Positions 38,621 to 50,937 of a stretch of 64,000 nucleotides of DNA are shown in pieces. Position 1 is the stretch's first letter, and each line of letters starts with the position of its first letter. The position numbers and the translations under genes are program-made. The stretch is from Mytilus trossulus (Eukaryota), in assembly GCF_036588685.1 (NCBI RefSeq), contig NC_086385.1, positions 23,273,216 through 23,337,215 on the forward strand, written 5' to 3'. Under the pieces are notes generated by a model, which was not told where the DNA came from, ran no database searches, and saw only the letters and a list, made by a program, of their open reading frames with translations.

Positions 38621-38885
38621 TATCAAGCTAAACATAGTAATGTTATATGAACTTTAATGCGGACGACGCCATGCTTTATTTCAAATATTCAAAAAAAGTC
38701 TATTTAGGTTGAGATCAGAATCAGAGTTATAAAAACAAACATCAACAATATGGGTCTTTAAATCAGAGTATCAAGCTAGACATAGTAATGACATATGTAC
38801 TTGAATGCGAACGACGACATGCTTAAATGAAATATTCAAAAAATTGTATTTAGGCTTGAATCTTCAGATCGTGAATCAGAGAATA
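38621..38885. repeat. Local tandem duplication, period ~148 bp
   Basis: tatcaagcta(a/g)acatagtaatg...gacgac..catgctt...aaatattcaaaaaa at 38621 and 38769. Confidence 0.7.
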
Positions 38886-39765
38886 CTTTGATCTGATATT
38901 GTGTCTATATAGTTTTATCAATTCGAAAATAAGAAATGGAATGAATCCTCGATTTCCCTTTAGTTTTGAAGACAAATTAACGGTATACTTTACTCATTAT
39001 ATGCTTATTTTTGTTACTACATCTTCTGACATCTGACTCGGACTTCTCTTGAACTGAATTTCAAATGTGCGTATTGTTATGCGTTTACTTTTCTTCGCTA
39101 TCTAGAGGTAGAGGGGGAGGGTTGAGATCTCATAAACATGTTTAACCCCGCGTTATGTTTGCACCTGTCCCAAGTCAGGAGCCTTGTTAGTCTAGTATTA
39201 TTTTAATTTTAGATTCTTGTGTACAATTTGGAAACTAGTATGGCGTTTATTAATACTGAACTAGTATATATTTGTTTAGGGGCCAACTGAAGGACGCCTC
39301 CGGGTGCGGGAATATCTCGCTTCATTGAAGACCTGTTGGTGACCTTCTGCTGTTGCTTTTTCTATGGTCGGGTTGTTGTCTCATTGACACATTAACCATT
39401 TTCATTCACAATTTTATTCCAAAATTTGATTATTATAATATGTTTAAATATTTTTCGTAACCAACATCATATTGTTACCGGTGTCAACTGGATTGAAATT
39501 AATTCTGATAAACATGAAAAAAATGGGTGTTAACTGTAGGTGATGTCTGCTTAGTTTTTATGTTGTGTTTTATATGATGCTATTTATCTTTTGGTCGTTC
39601 TCATTTTCTTTTGATGTCAATGTCGGTTTGTTTTCGCGTCATTAATATAAATATATATTTGCTGTCTCCAGACTGTCATTTAAAAAAGTTCATAAAACGT
39701 GATGATTTAATTTTTATCACAAATCACGATTACTGTATACAAAGTATAGGAACAATAGCTCTTAC

Positions 39766-39898
39766 CTATTTCTGACAATCTTTGACCATGTTTAATTTGA
39801 AGTTTCTGACAAATGAAGAACATTATCGTACTATAACATAATATAAGAACTAGTGATGGAATAAACAACAGGAAGGCAGCGTTGAGCAAGAGCGCTAT
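39766..39898 (-). CDS. Peptide GPCR, coding exon 4 (TM5: IALLLNAAFLLFIPSLVLILCYSTI...RLSEI)
   Basis: FxIP...CY TM5 motif; ttttcag| and G|gtaaga; phase 0 to 1. Confidence 0.92.
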
Positions 39899-40579
39899 CT
39901 GAAAAAAAATAAATTTGTAGAATTTGTCTTATTTGGCACCATTTCAAATAATCAAAAATACTTCAAAAGACCAGCACTATATCAGTTAAAAGTTCAAGCA
40001 GCTTAAAATTGGTTTCGAAAGGTTCAATAGCATATGGAACGCATAGTCATTTTTAAGTTGACTATTCGTTGTAGGTTGGTCATGAAATTAAAAGGAGACA
40101 TACCTGTATTTCCCTGAATTGTCTTTTTTGGACGGACTTACGGAAAATATAATAGGCTAATCCCTTCGAGAACATACACTTCATCCAAATTGATGCTCAA
40201 TGAAACTTTTATTTTGTATAATAAAATCAAATATTGATGTTTTTTTTGTTTTTTTTAGCAATAAGATTGCGGTCGTTCTTCGACTAATAGGTGTATATCA
40301 CATCGGCTTTTCTTATTTGTTTATCGATATAGCTCTTTGATCTCTGTAAAGTAAATACGTTGTCCAAATATGGAGTATGCCTATGTTTTAATTCATCGGT
40401 ATAACAGTCTGTACTGCGGAAACAGTTTAATTGTATAAATAAAATAATCTATATGATTTTATTTTGTTACATGATGTATATATATAATACTTTAACATAA
40501 GATAACTACAACACTACTATTTAAAATGTATAGGACGTTTGTTTAATTAGTTATCAAAGGTACTAGGATGATAATTTAC

Positions 40580-40626
40580 TACGCCAGACGCCCGTTTGGT
40601 CTACATAAGACTCACCAGTGACGATC
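40580..40626 (-). ncRNA. Degenerate hammerhead ribozyme (CTGGTGA, CAAAC)
   Basis: Reverse complement cgtca-CTGGTGA-gtcttatgtagac-CAAAC-gggc-GTC-tggcgt. Confidence 0.5.
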
Positions 40627-40715
40627 AAATCAAAATAGTTTTAAAGACAAACAAGAAAAAAGTTTAAGAGGTGAGAAAAAATAAATAAAAAAATAAAACT
40701 AATCTTCAAACGTAC

Positions 40716-41053
40716 CTCTCGAATGCCTCTGAGATCAGGTGTACATATATTGCATTCACAAATAGTAAATATTTTGGTCCAAACAAGAATTGGGATGTTT
40801 ACTAAAAACGACAATCCCCATGGTATTGTAATCATCCATGTTTTGTATCTTCGTCGCTGTCGGAGAATTGCAAGTGGATGTAACACACATAACAATCGGT
40901 CCACAGCTATTGTCACTATAAGGTACGTTGAGGCGAACAACGAAACATTACTGAGATAAAACTTCAACTTACACATGGTAAGTCCTAACATCCAGTTTGA
41001 AAAGAAATGATTGATAATCAGAGGAAATATATGAAAAACTGCTACGGCGATAT
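40716..41053 (-). CDS. Peptide GPCR, coding exon 3 (TM2-ECL2: DIAVAVFHIFP...WMLGLTMCK...IAVDRLLCVLHPL...CECNICTPDLRGIRE)
   Basis: WxxGxxxCK, DRL (DRY variant), TM4 W...IP; ttgtag| and GAG|gtacgt; phase 1 to 0. Confidence 0.95.
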
Positions 41054-42086
41054 CTACAAAGAAAAGTGTGTTTTAAAATTAGGTCGGTTATTTACTGTAA
41101 AACGTAAAATCGTAAAAATACTGAACGCTGAGAAAAAATACAAAACGTAAAGTTCCTTATACATTTTTTTATAAAATTGCAAAATCAAAATCTCAAACCC
41201 TAAACGTATGGATAACAACTGTAAAACTCCTGATTTGGTACAGGCATTTCTTATGTAGAAAATGGTGGATTATACATAGTTTTAAAGCTAGCCAAACTTC
41301 TCACTTGTATGAAATAATAAATTTCGGGGTTGGTCTTGACTCTGTTTTGAGGACAGTACCTTGACCTGTAATGGTTTACTTTTATATTGTGACTTGGATG
41401 GAGAATGTCTCATTGGCACTCATACCACATCTTCTCATATCTATATAGAAAAATACAAGCAGTGATTACCTGTAGGACAAGATAAATATGAACATTATCA
41501 TTATTTATTTTGTTTCCTGTAAACAGTTGTTTATCGAAAAGAAATATTGGTTTTAATGTTTGTGACCAGAAAGAGATCATTTCCCAAAAGCATCAAGTAT
41601 TGCAAAAAATACATGTAGCAATATCGCTAACTAGACTATATTCTCTCTGAAAATTCATAATATGGTGACTATGTTGAATGCATCGAACCAATGAACTAGA
41701 GATGAAGGAAACAACAGATTTGACAATAAGGAACGGTTAAAAAATAGTTTTACGACAAAAGAGATAACCAAGAGTTACAAATGGTGAAGTTGAAATCATC
41801 CCTTCGAAAATTTTACAGACGCCATCACGAGTAGGTTGACTGTTACTGAATATTCTTTTTCTCAGATAATATCGGATATGTTCCTCACGTCGTATCTACA
41901 GTTAAGTTTTAGTTTTGGTTCGTGTTTCCTATGCTTTAGTGTTCTATCTATCTTATGTTCTATTGATTTTCGTTTTGTTTTAGCCATCGCGGTGTCATTT
42001 TGTTTGTGATTTTAGAATTTGATGATTTTGAAGGTCCATCTTGTATCTTTTTTTTTTAAATATATATAACAAATATAAAAAAATAC

Positions 42087-42228
42087 CTGATAGAACAAGA
42101 TGGAAAACAAATAACACAAGATTTGACTTCTTTCCTTTCTTTTGTAGTAAAATACACAATGACACATTCAATACCACTGTCACAACGAACTCGGTACAAC
42201 GAATCCATTTAGCTATTTCCCATTCAAT
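42087..42228 (-). CDS. Peptide GPCR, coding exon 2 (TM1-TM2: IEWEIAKW...VVLNVSLC...FVFHLVLS)
   Basis: N1.50 and HLxxSD; atacag| and G|gtattt; phase 0 to 1. Confidence 0.92.
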
Positions 42229-43028
42229 CTGTATAAGAAAAATGATTTCTAAAACAATAATGTAAATGAGTTAAAAAAGTTCAATGTATTTCTTTACTCT
42301 TTTATCCACTGTTAATTTACAAACATCGTTAGTGTGAATAGTTGTTATAGCATACAGTGAATTATAGCAAATTATACAACATATCCAAAACAATTTTACC
42401 ATATTTACAATGATAAATCACAATCTCCACGCTCATACTTATATACTCAAAGTTGATATAGACTATCAAAACTGCATGTGCATAGCCTAGAGAAACAATT
42501 CAGAAACCGATATGGACACTACATGTCTGTTTTCTCATAGTTTAAATGTTTTATCAAACACTTCAAATAAAAGATAAACATAGAAAATGACAACATAACA
42601 GGTTATTGCTCAATAGTAAGCTCTACTATGTGTCTTGTAGGCTGACGTTTTTGTTTATAAAAGAAAAGCAAAGGATATGAATTATTCATGTATGGCACTC
42701 CATCAGAACATGCACGAAAAAGAAAACACAAATGAAAGGATCATTTAAAGTAACAGTGAGGGCTTCAGATCGGACCAAAAATACTTTCAACTCATCGGTA
42801 ATGTAACGCGGACCCTTACACCTGATTGTGCGAACTTCTTTGCCAAATACAAGATAAAGTCTTTGGAAGAGTTTATTTAACAATGTAGAGCCAAACAGAA
42901 ACAAAATACTGGGAAATGGTATTTAAAAATTTCGTCCCACTCATAAGTGAAAAAATCAAACGATGTTGACTTTTATTTTGGTAACTTATGTTTTAAGTGC
43001 ATAGTGAAGATGACTGGTAATCTTTGAT

Positions 43029-43269
43029 GAGGCCCCTCATGGGGGGGGGGGGGGGGGGGGGGGTCCTAGTAATCACATAATCACCATTTTTTTGCCAATA
43101 TAATCACATAATCATTAAATATTTGCTTATCTTTATTAATCAAATAATCATAAACTAAAAATACAGTCCTAGGTAATCAAATAATCATGAAATATTTGGC
43201 TTAATAATCAAATAATCATTAAAAAAACGGCCAAGTAATCACATAATCAAAAACCCCATGAGGGCCCTC
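43029..43269. mobile_element. 241-bp MITE with G23 run and six internal TAATCA(C/A)ATAATCA motifs
   Basis: TIRs GAGGCCCCTCATGGGG / CCCCATGAGGGCCCTC; flanking direct repeat TTTGAT (43023-43028 and 43270-43275). Confidence 0.8.
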
Positions 43270-43386
43270 TTTGATCTATGATCGTTTTTCACTTTTTGTC
43301 ATGGTGTTGTCATCTTGTCTTTGACTTATGAGTTTTGTATATTTCATCAATCTTTCACAGTGTTGCAAAGTCTTCAACTTCAAATA

Positions 43387-43594
43387 CTGTGGATTCAATT
43401 ATACTCATTGGATAACAATTTTCGTGGATTTCGTGAGTATTGCAGAACCACGAATTCAAATGCTCAACGAATTTTAAGTTTTCTAAAGGAATGAGTGCAG
43501 ACTTTGAAAAAACCACGAAATTAAATATCAACGAATATGTAAGTTTTCTTCGAATCACGAAAAATGGTACCCATGAAAATAAATGAGTTCACAG
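43387..43594. mobile_element. Tc1/mariner-type MITE
   Basis: TA|CTGTGGATTCA ... TGAGTTCACAG|TA. Confidence 0.7.
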
Positions 43595-43859
43595 TACACT
43601 AGACATACGCTAATTATCAATATGTTTTAACTAAACTTTATCGATCTATCGATGCAGAAAGTATTTGATGTGAATAAGAAAGAAAACAAAGTATCAATAC
43701 AAACTTTATGTTCCAGTTGTACTTTTATTCCCCCTCGAATTTTTGCGGTAAATATCGAAAGTGATTGACCAAAACAGGATTCACGACAATAAGATTTGAT
43801 TACCGTCTTTTAATATGAGGGTATGGTATGCAGAAGGCAAAGGTCACAAATAAACTTAC

Positions 43860-43928
43860 AGGGAAATTTATCATTACACCACGGGTTCCACAAAATGAGT
43901 TATTATCAGATATATTCATTGATGACAT
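43860..43928 (-). CDS. Peptide GPCR, coding exon 1 (MSSMNISDNNSFCGTRGVMINFP)
   Basis: ATG at 43928 just inside an acceptor (ctacag| at 43944); two N-glycosylation sequons; phase-0 donor |gtaagt matching exon 2. The six exons sum to 996 nt, or 331 aa. Confidence 0.85.
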
Positions 43929-46094
43929 TGCAGCTGTTTTCAACTGTAGCATCTACAAGTAAATAATTTAAAATCATATAAATGCCTTAACAAATGAACA
44001 ATTGAAGTTTAAATAAACATGCTTTATCTTCACAGAGCAAGCAGATACGACAAGTAACGGATATCTTATCTTAACTTTATCGCTCACTCTATCAAAAAGC
44101 AATTTAATGTGAAATATCAAGATTACCGATTGACAGTAACTAGTTCTTTCGAATGTATTAACAATTTCGTTTGCAAATAATCTATATCCAATTTGGCAAC
44201 AGTTCAATCACATACAAGAATACAAACATATTTGCCTTAAACATGTTAAAATCATGTTTTCATTACCAGAACTATTCAACAATAAGAAAAACACACGCAT
44301 CTTGGTATCTACTTTTATCTCACGTGTAATTCTTAATAATATATACGCATTGTCTCATTTAGTTTATGTTATGTTTTAATCTGCTAAATTGTATCTTAAG
44401 TGAAAGTTCAGGCATCATCACAAATAGAAATGGGCGAAAAAATATAGCTAATGTATCTCAAATAGATAGCTAGAGCAACGATTGGTGTCATTATTAACTG
44501 TTGTCAAAATGATGTATTTACATAGGCACACGATTAACAAACTATGTTGTTATATTACGCAATGGTTCATTTACAAGTTGTGTACCTATTAATGTCAACG
44601 TTTTTACATAGCTTCCTGTTTACTTTTATATTTGTATACTTGTTAAACATGCATTGTATTTCCCGGTGAATTACACAAGCTGTCATCGTGTTTTTATTAA
44701 TGACCGATCAATTTCATAAAGGCAGTGGTATCCTGATGTTCAATAGTCATAAATCGATTAAGAAAAATTAAACCAAAATCGAGATAAGCGCACCAACTAT
44801 AAAAGGAAAACAAAGGAACAATCTAAACACCAAACTGCATTTAAAACAAACGCGAACATGCATAGAAATATATAATATGATATCAACTGCTATATTCCGT
44901 ACTTGGTACGGGACATTTTACTTATACACAAAATTGGTCAACCCTAACCTTTGCCCCAATTACTGTTTGTTATCAATAAAAAACATTAACGAAAAAACTA
45001 CATAAATGTCCATTAAAGTTACTTTTATACTTGACTTCTTAAAAAAGTTGAAACCGATTGTAAAACGCATGTCAACCAGAGAGAGTCAAAATACTTTTCA
45101 GTTGGTCTGTTTGTAGTTAGTGTTTTTGATAGTTATGTCATGTTATTGCGTTGAGTTATCATACCACTGTCTCAGTTAAGAAGACATTTTTCTGGTCCCC
45201 AAAACCCGATCAACTCCGTCACGGTTAATAGGAGTTCTTTCTTAATCACCAACGTATTTTCAAGTAGTTGGTGTTGAACGCTGTCGGTATACATTGTTCC
45301 TCTTGTATTGCTTCAGTTTAATCAAGCAATTCGTGTTTGAAAAACAGATGTTGATCAGTTTTCTCGGATTCTATTATTTTTGTTGTGTCGCACAGTTATA
45401 TGCAGGTGTCATAATATCTTCTGCTAAATTTTTTTTATCAGTTCTACGAATATTATGTGTCAAACATTTTTTAAAATGGTTTTACACTAGTTATTTTGAG
45501 GTTCTTAATAGCTTTTTGTTCGGTGTGAGCCAAGGCTCCATGTTGAAGTCCGTACATTTACCTATAATGGTTTACTTTAATAAATAAAGGAAACAGTAGT
45601 ATACCGCTGTTCAAAACTCATAAATCCATGGAGAAAAACCAAAATCGGGGTAACACACTAAAACCGAGGGAAACGCATTAAAAAATAAATTGTAATTTAG
45701 ATTGAGAGTTGTCTCATTGGCACTCACACACCATCTTCCTATATCTATTGAATAACGAAAAGTTAACGAATAGGCGGATGCTAATTTTAACATTTAAAAA
45801 TATTTACAACAACAAATGTAAGACACACTACATATAGTGTTGTTTAAATATTGAGTACAATGGAGACATGGTCATGGTCACTGCATCTTTGTTTTACCTT
45901 TTCCTTATGATAAAAAGGTATAACATAGTTTAAGATTAACATGGTTAAGTTATATTACATCATCATAATTTATAGATCAAGGTGTCCTATACGTCATATG
46001 TAACACTTATTAGGACAGGAGAATGATACATTATGTAACTAACTAATTAATAATTCTTTTCTTTATTTTCTCATATTCTCAATGTTTATCTCAT

Positions 46095-47296
46095 TAGGTC
46101 TTTCCACTTTTCTGTGGAAAGACCTATTGTTTTTCTTCTGAATATTTTTTATTTTTTTTTTTTTTCTTCCGCCTAATTTTGTTCTTGCGATAAACATTTG
46201 TTTCGCAATATGTCGCTTAGATATTTGGTATATGATATCGAACAGTTTATGCGCTTTTGAAATTTACCCTGCGTAAACGAATACTTTTCTTTGTAGGAGT
46301 TATCTCCCCAAACACTGTTTTCCTTGTTAGCGCATCTCCTTCGCAACCGTAAAAGATTACGACAAATTTATTTTACAAAATTGCTCGTTATATCCTTGGC
46401 ATGATTTGTCCTATTTTGACCGAAGCGATATGACCGCTCCATATGAGAGTTATTTCCCCTTATGCATCTGATATAAGTGATATGAATTTCTATCTTAAAA
46501 ATCATAAGTGATAGAGACCTAGGATCTTTTGATTTGACGTCCTTGGTCCCAAAAAATGAAAATTAGGTCAAGGTCAAAGGTCAAGGTCATATTCTTATAT
46601 TTGAATTTGGCTTATTTTCACTTATATCCAAAGACTGTATAAGATATCAACAAATTATTTTTACTCAATTGTTAGTTGCGACATGTCGTAAGATGTACAT
46701 TTTGATTCCAAAACGTTGAATGTAAAAGGGAGTTTTCTCCCCTCTTGTATTTAAAAATACGCGTTTGGTGATATAACTCATTAACTAAATATAATTAAGA
46801 CCTATGGTCTTTTGATTTGAGGTCCTTGGTTTATGACCTTGAAATTGATCTCAAGGTCATAGCTTAATTTGACGTTCTACATTTTGACCTTTGCTTTTAT
46901 TCTATATGTTTACATGATAGAGATATACAACTTTTAGAAAAAGGTATCAAACCATTTAACCTTGAAAAAAACAACCGGAAGTGACCTTTTGTAAACCGGA
47001 AGTAGCTATTTTTTTGTACTTTATTAATATAAAAGTATATAGAACCAGATATTTTTGGAATTAGTGTCAAGTAAATATTCAAATATAATCGGAAGTAACA
47101 TTTTTCAAACCGGAAGTAACAAATTAGCTCCCTTATTTAAAAAAAAATGTATGGAAACAATATATTTTTGGAATCAGCTTACTAGGAGCTATCATTTGAC
47201 GATTGAAATGACATTTTAAACTTAGTTTCACAACTTTTCATATCAAAATACATTGTTTTGATGGAAAGACCTTCAATTGTTCTCTGAACAATTGGT
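46095..47296 (+). mobile_element. Complete HINE/DINE-1-like non-autonomous Helentron derivative
   Basis: 5' palindrome TAGGTCTTTCCAC-n6-GTGGAAAGACCTA, T-rich microsatellite, 3' subTIR TGGAAAGACCT, 3' hairpin CAATTGTTC-TCT-GAACAATTG followed by a T-run. Confidence 0.8.
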
Positions 47297-48098
47297 TTTT
47301 AATTATAATAGGATTTGTATTTTTGATACAAAATTAAAAAGAGCTCAACTTGAACTGACTGTTGTGTATGACTTAAATAGAAACTAGTGAGTATCTAAAA
47401 ATCAGTCAAAATTATCAAGATCAATTTTGACTGATATTTTTTTTTATTTTCTCCACTTAAAAACCTCTATACAATTTCTACCATTAGTTAAGCACGTTTA
47501 GTAAAAACAAAAAATATACTAATAATTAAGTGTTTAGGATATATTTCCTCTTGAACATAAACACGCAAAGGAAACAATTATCAATTTGTTACGGCATAGT
47601 TGATCTATCATGTAACATCAACAAATTAGAGATGGTGAATGTTATGTTATAATGAAGAAATATTCTTCAGACCATGTGAAGATTAAAAAGTACACAATAG
47701 CTGTTATTTATTTGCCCTTGATCATTTGTCCATTAATTGACCAATAATATTCCTATGCCATATACTTACTTTCTACAAGGTTAGCATTTGCGACTAAAAA
47801 AATGTGTTAGTCTAGCATACATCTACATACATGTAGATATTTGCAATCAATTTGTTACCAATTCACACGGTTAATCTTTAATATGATACTTTAATATGAT
47901 ACTTGGTAATTTGATGTCTCAGTATTCGCCTCTAAAGAATCCAAAGGCCTATAGGTAATTTCATTGTTCTTACACCAATATGAAAATAACTTACGTCATT
48001 GGTTGAATATCCATTGTTTATCACGTTGTTAACCAATCAAAACGTTTTGGTGTACGCTTTCAGAAATATTACCAAGAATGCATTAGATCATAAACTCT

Positions 48099-49499
48099 CA
48101 AGAGCCTGTGTCGTTCATCTGATTCTATTTGGGATTTTGAAATATTATTAAAAAATATAAAAAAATTGTAACTGATAAGTATGATGATGTTATAGGCCAA
48201 ATGTAGTTTAAAGTAAAATCACAAAAATACTGAACTCGAAAATCAATTCGGAAAGTCCATAATCACATGGCAAAATCAAATAACAAAACGCATCAAAAAC
48301 AAAATAGGCCAAATGTAGTTTGATATTGTTATGTTTGGATTTATTTTATTTATTAGTTCTCTTAAAGAAGACATTTGTATGTATTTCCTATAGGGTACCA
48401 TGTTAAAATAAGCATCCGTCTGGCGACCATCTTGGATAATAGATCGGGTACAAAGTAACTACACTTGGTAAGCACATCATAAGGAACATTCATGCTTTGT
48501 TTGGTTTCATTTTATTCCGTGGTTCTCTAAAAAAAGACATTTGTATGTATTTCCTATAGGGTACCATGTTATAAAAAAAGCCCCAATCTGACGACCATCT
48601 AGGATAATGGATCGGGTACAAAGTAACTACACTTGGTCAGCACCTCATAAGGAAAATTCATGCTATGTTTGGTTTCGTTTTATTCCGAGGTTCTCTAAAA
48701 AAAGACATTTGTATGTATTTCCTATAGGGTCCTATTTAAACTAAGTCCCCCCTGGAGGCCATCTTAGAAGATGATGGATCGACTACAAAGTAACATCACT
48801 TGGTCAGCATCTCATAAGGAACGTTCTTGCTATGTTTAGTTTCAATCCATTCAGTGGTTCTCTAAAAGAAGACATTTGTCTGTATTTCACATAGGATCCT
48901 ATGTTAAACTTAGTCCCCCGCTGGCCGCCATATTGGATGATGGATCGGCTACAAAATAACAACACTGGGTAAGCACATCATAAGGAACATTTATGCTATG
49001 TGAGGTTTCATTCCATTCTGTGGTTCTCTAAAAGAGGACATTTGTGTGTATTTTCACATAAGGTCCTTTGTAAAACTGTGTCCCCCGCTGGCGGCCATCT
49101 TGCAGAATGGATCGGCTACACAGTAACAACACTTGGTCAGCACTTCATAAGAAACATTCATGCCATGTTTGATTTCATTCCATTAAGTGGTTCTCTAAAA
49201 AAGACATATGTATGTATTTCCCATAGGATCCTATGTAAAACTAAGTCCCCAGCTTGGCGCCATCGTGAATGATAGATCGACTACAATGTAAAAACGTTTG
49301 GTCAGCACCTCATAAAGAACATTCATGCTATGTTTGGTTTCGTCCCATTCAGTGGTTCTCTAGAAGAAGTTCAAATTGTAAAAAGTTCACGAAGACGACG
49401 ACGAACGACGACGAACGACGACGAACGACGGACAACGATGGACGACGGACAAGTGATGAGAAAAGCTCAGTTGGCCATATAGGCCAGGTGAGCTAAAAA
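48099..49499 (-). mobile_element. HINE-like element carrying about six 166-168-bp satellite monomers
   Basis: 'gacat' anchor at 48370, 48536, 48704, 48871, 49037 and 49203; GAC/GACGA microsatellite at ~49390-49450; hairpin AGCTCAGTTGGCC-ATATA-GGCCAGGTGAGCT at ~49464-49494. Confidence 0.85.
48210..48303 (-). mobile_element. 94-bp 5'-truncated retro-insertion (family A tail) with 18-bp TSD
   Basis: ATAGGCCAAATGTAGTTT at 48192-48209 and 48304-48321. Confidence 0.85.
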
Positions 49500-50891
49500 T
49501 TGTGTATACGTCATCAGATCAGACATGTCAGATGACGAAAAAAGGACGCATCTCTAATCATTTCAACTGTTACTGATCAATATACTGATATATACATCGA
49601 TTGTCAGTTACATCACATCAATGTGGAAATTTTATATAGAATTTACACGCATCATAGCAATAATAGGAAATCATATTATCGTAATATGTTGGCAAATTAT
49701 GGCAAAACGACAATGCAACCGGAAAGTCGTACATAATACGAATTTATGCGAAGTGGAAGCAATTTCACTTTCCAATTTTTAAACATTCAAATAAATCAAT
49801 CAACATGATTAAAGATAATAGATTATGATTTTACTTACCTAAATGCATTTGCTTCTAGATAAACAATAACTTGTTAAACCTGTGTAACTTCCTTCTGCTG
49901 AAATAAACATTTACATAGGTATCGTTTTAATCACCTAACGAAACATGTCGTTTTTCACGATTGTTATAATTTATTATAAACAACAACCGATAAGCAACAT
50001 GTTGTCTTATATAATTAATCATAATATAAATATGTGTTTGTACAATACATATATACAAAAGGTAACACTAGGATACAAATAAAATAAACAAATGTTTTTG
50101 TTTAAATTGTTTTACATTGTCATATCGGGGCCTTTTATAGCTGACTTTGCGGTATGGACTTTGCTCATTGCTGAAGGCCCTACGGAGACCTATAGTTGTT
50201 AATGTCTGTGTCAATTAAGTCTCTTGTGGACAGTTGTCTCATAAGCAATCATACCACATCTTCTGTTTTATAATTAAAACAGAATTAAATCAGTGTGAAA
50301 AATCTCTTTTAACAACTGGCTTTGTAAACAATTTCAAAGCTGAGTTATATCTAAAAGATTCAGAATGTATTAATCCATCCTCCGAATTGCCTTTGTTAAA
50401 TGTAACGTTGTCACTTTCAAGCGAATAACGACATAATTAAAACATTGCCTGCTTTGTTTGACTGTGCATTTATTTTCTCCATCTTTTATATAACAAAACA
50501 AGCTGTTTTAATCAAAAATTCTAATCAATACCCAAGTGAAGTTAATCTTTCTTCAAAATATTTGTATAGCCAATGTACAGAATAACCACATAGACGAAGA
50601 GAAAAAACCACCAATATTAAAATGTTGTACGGCAGCTGAATGTGTGTCTCGTCTACAAGAGACTCATAGATGACGAAATGAACAAGAAATAATACAGTAC
50701 AAATTTGGAGAGCATAGACTACGTAAAAAAAACTCGCGTCAGACATCAACTTAAAATCTACTTTTATACAATGTGTATACCAATGTATACTAATCAAATT
50801 GTAGACTTAAATTCCTATTAAACTAAAAAATCCCTTAAAGTTTGCAAATTGGCTATAATTAGTTATCAGAGGTACCAGGATTATAATTGTT

Positions 50892-50937
50892 CTACGTCAG
50901 ACGATCGTTTCGTTTACATAAGACTCATCAGTGTCTC
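50892..50937 (-). ncRNA. Minimal hammerhead ribozyme with an alternative palindromic stem III
   Basis: Reverse complement gaca-CTGATGA-gtcttatgtaaac-GAAAC-gatc-GTC-tgacgt; palindrome ACGATCGT; mismatches in stems I and II. Confidence 0.6.

Noticed and set aside
43070-43252. Repeat-spacer pattern resembling a CRISPR array
   Set aside because: The repeats are only 15 bp, lie inside a TIR/TSD-bounded MITE in eukaryotic DNA, and there are no cas genes.
49000-49496. ORFs of 90 and 75 aa
   Set aside because: Chance translations of satellite monomers and the GAC microsatellite.
49836-49860. Possible non-coding upstream GPCR exon (minus-strand donor gtaagt; another at ~61655)
   Set aside because: Splice-like motifs only, with nothing to tie them to the gene.
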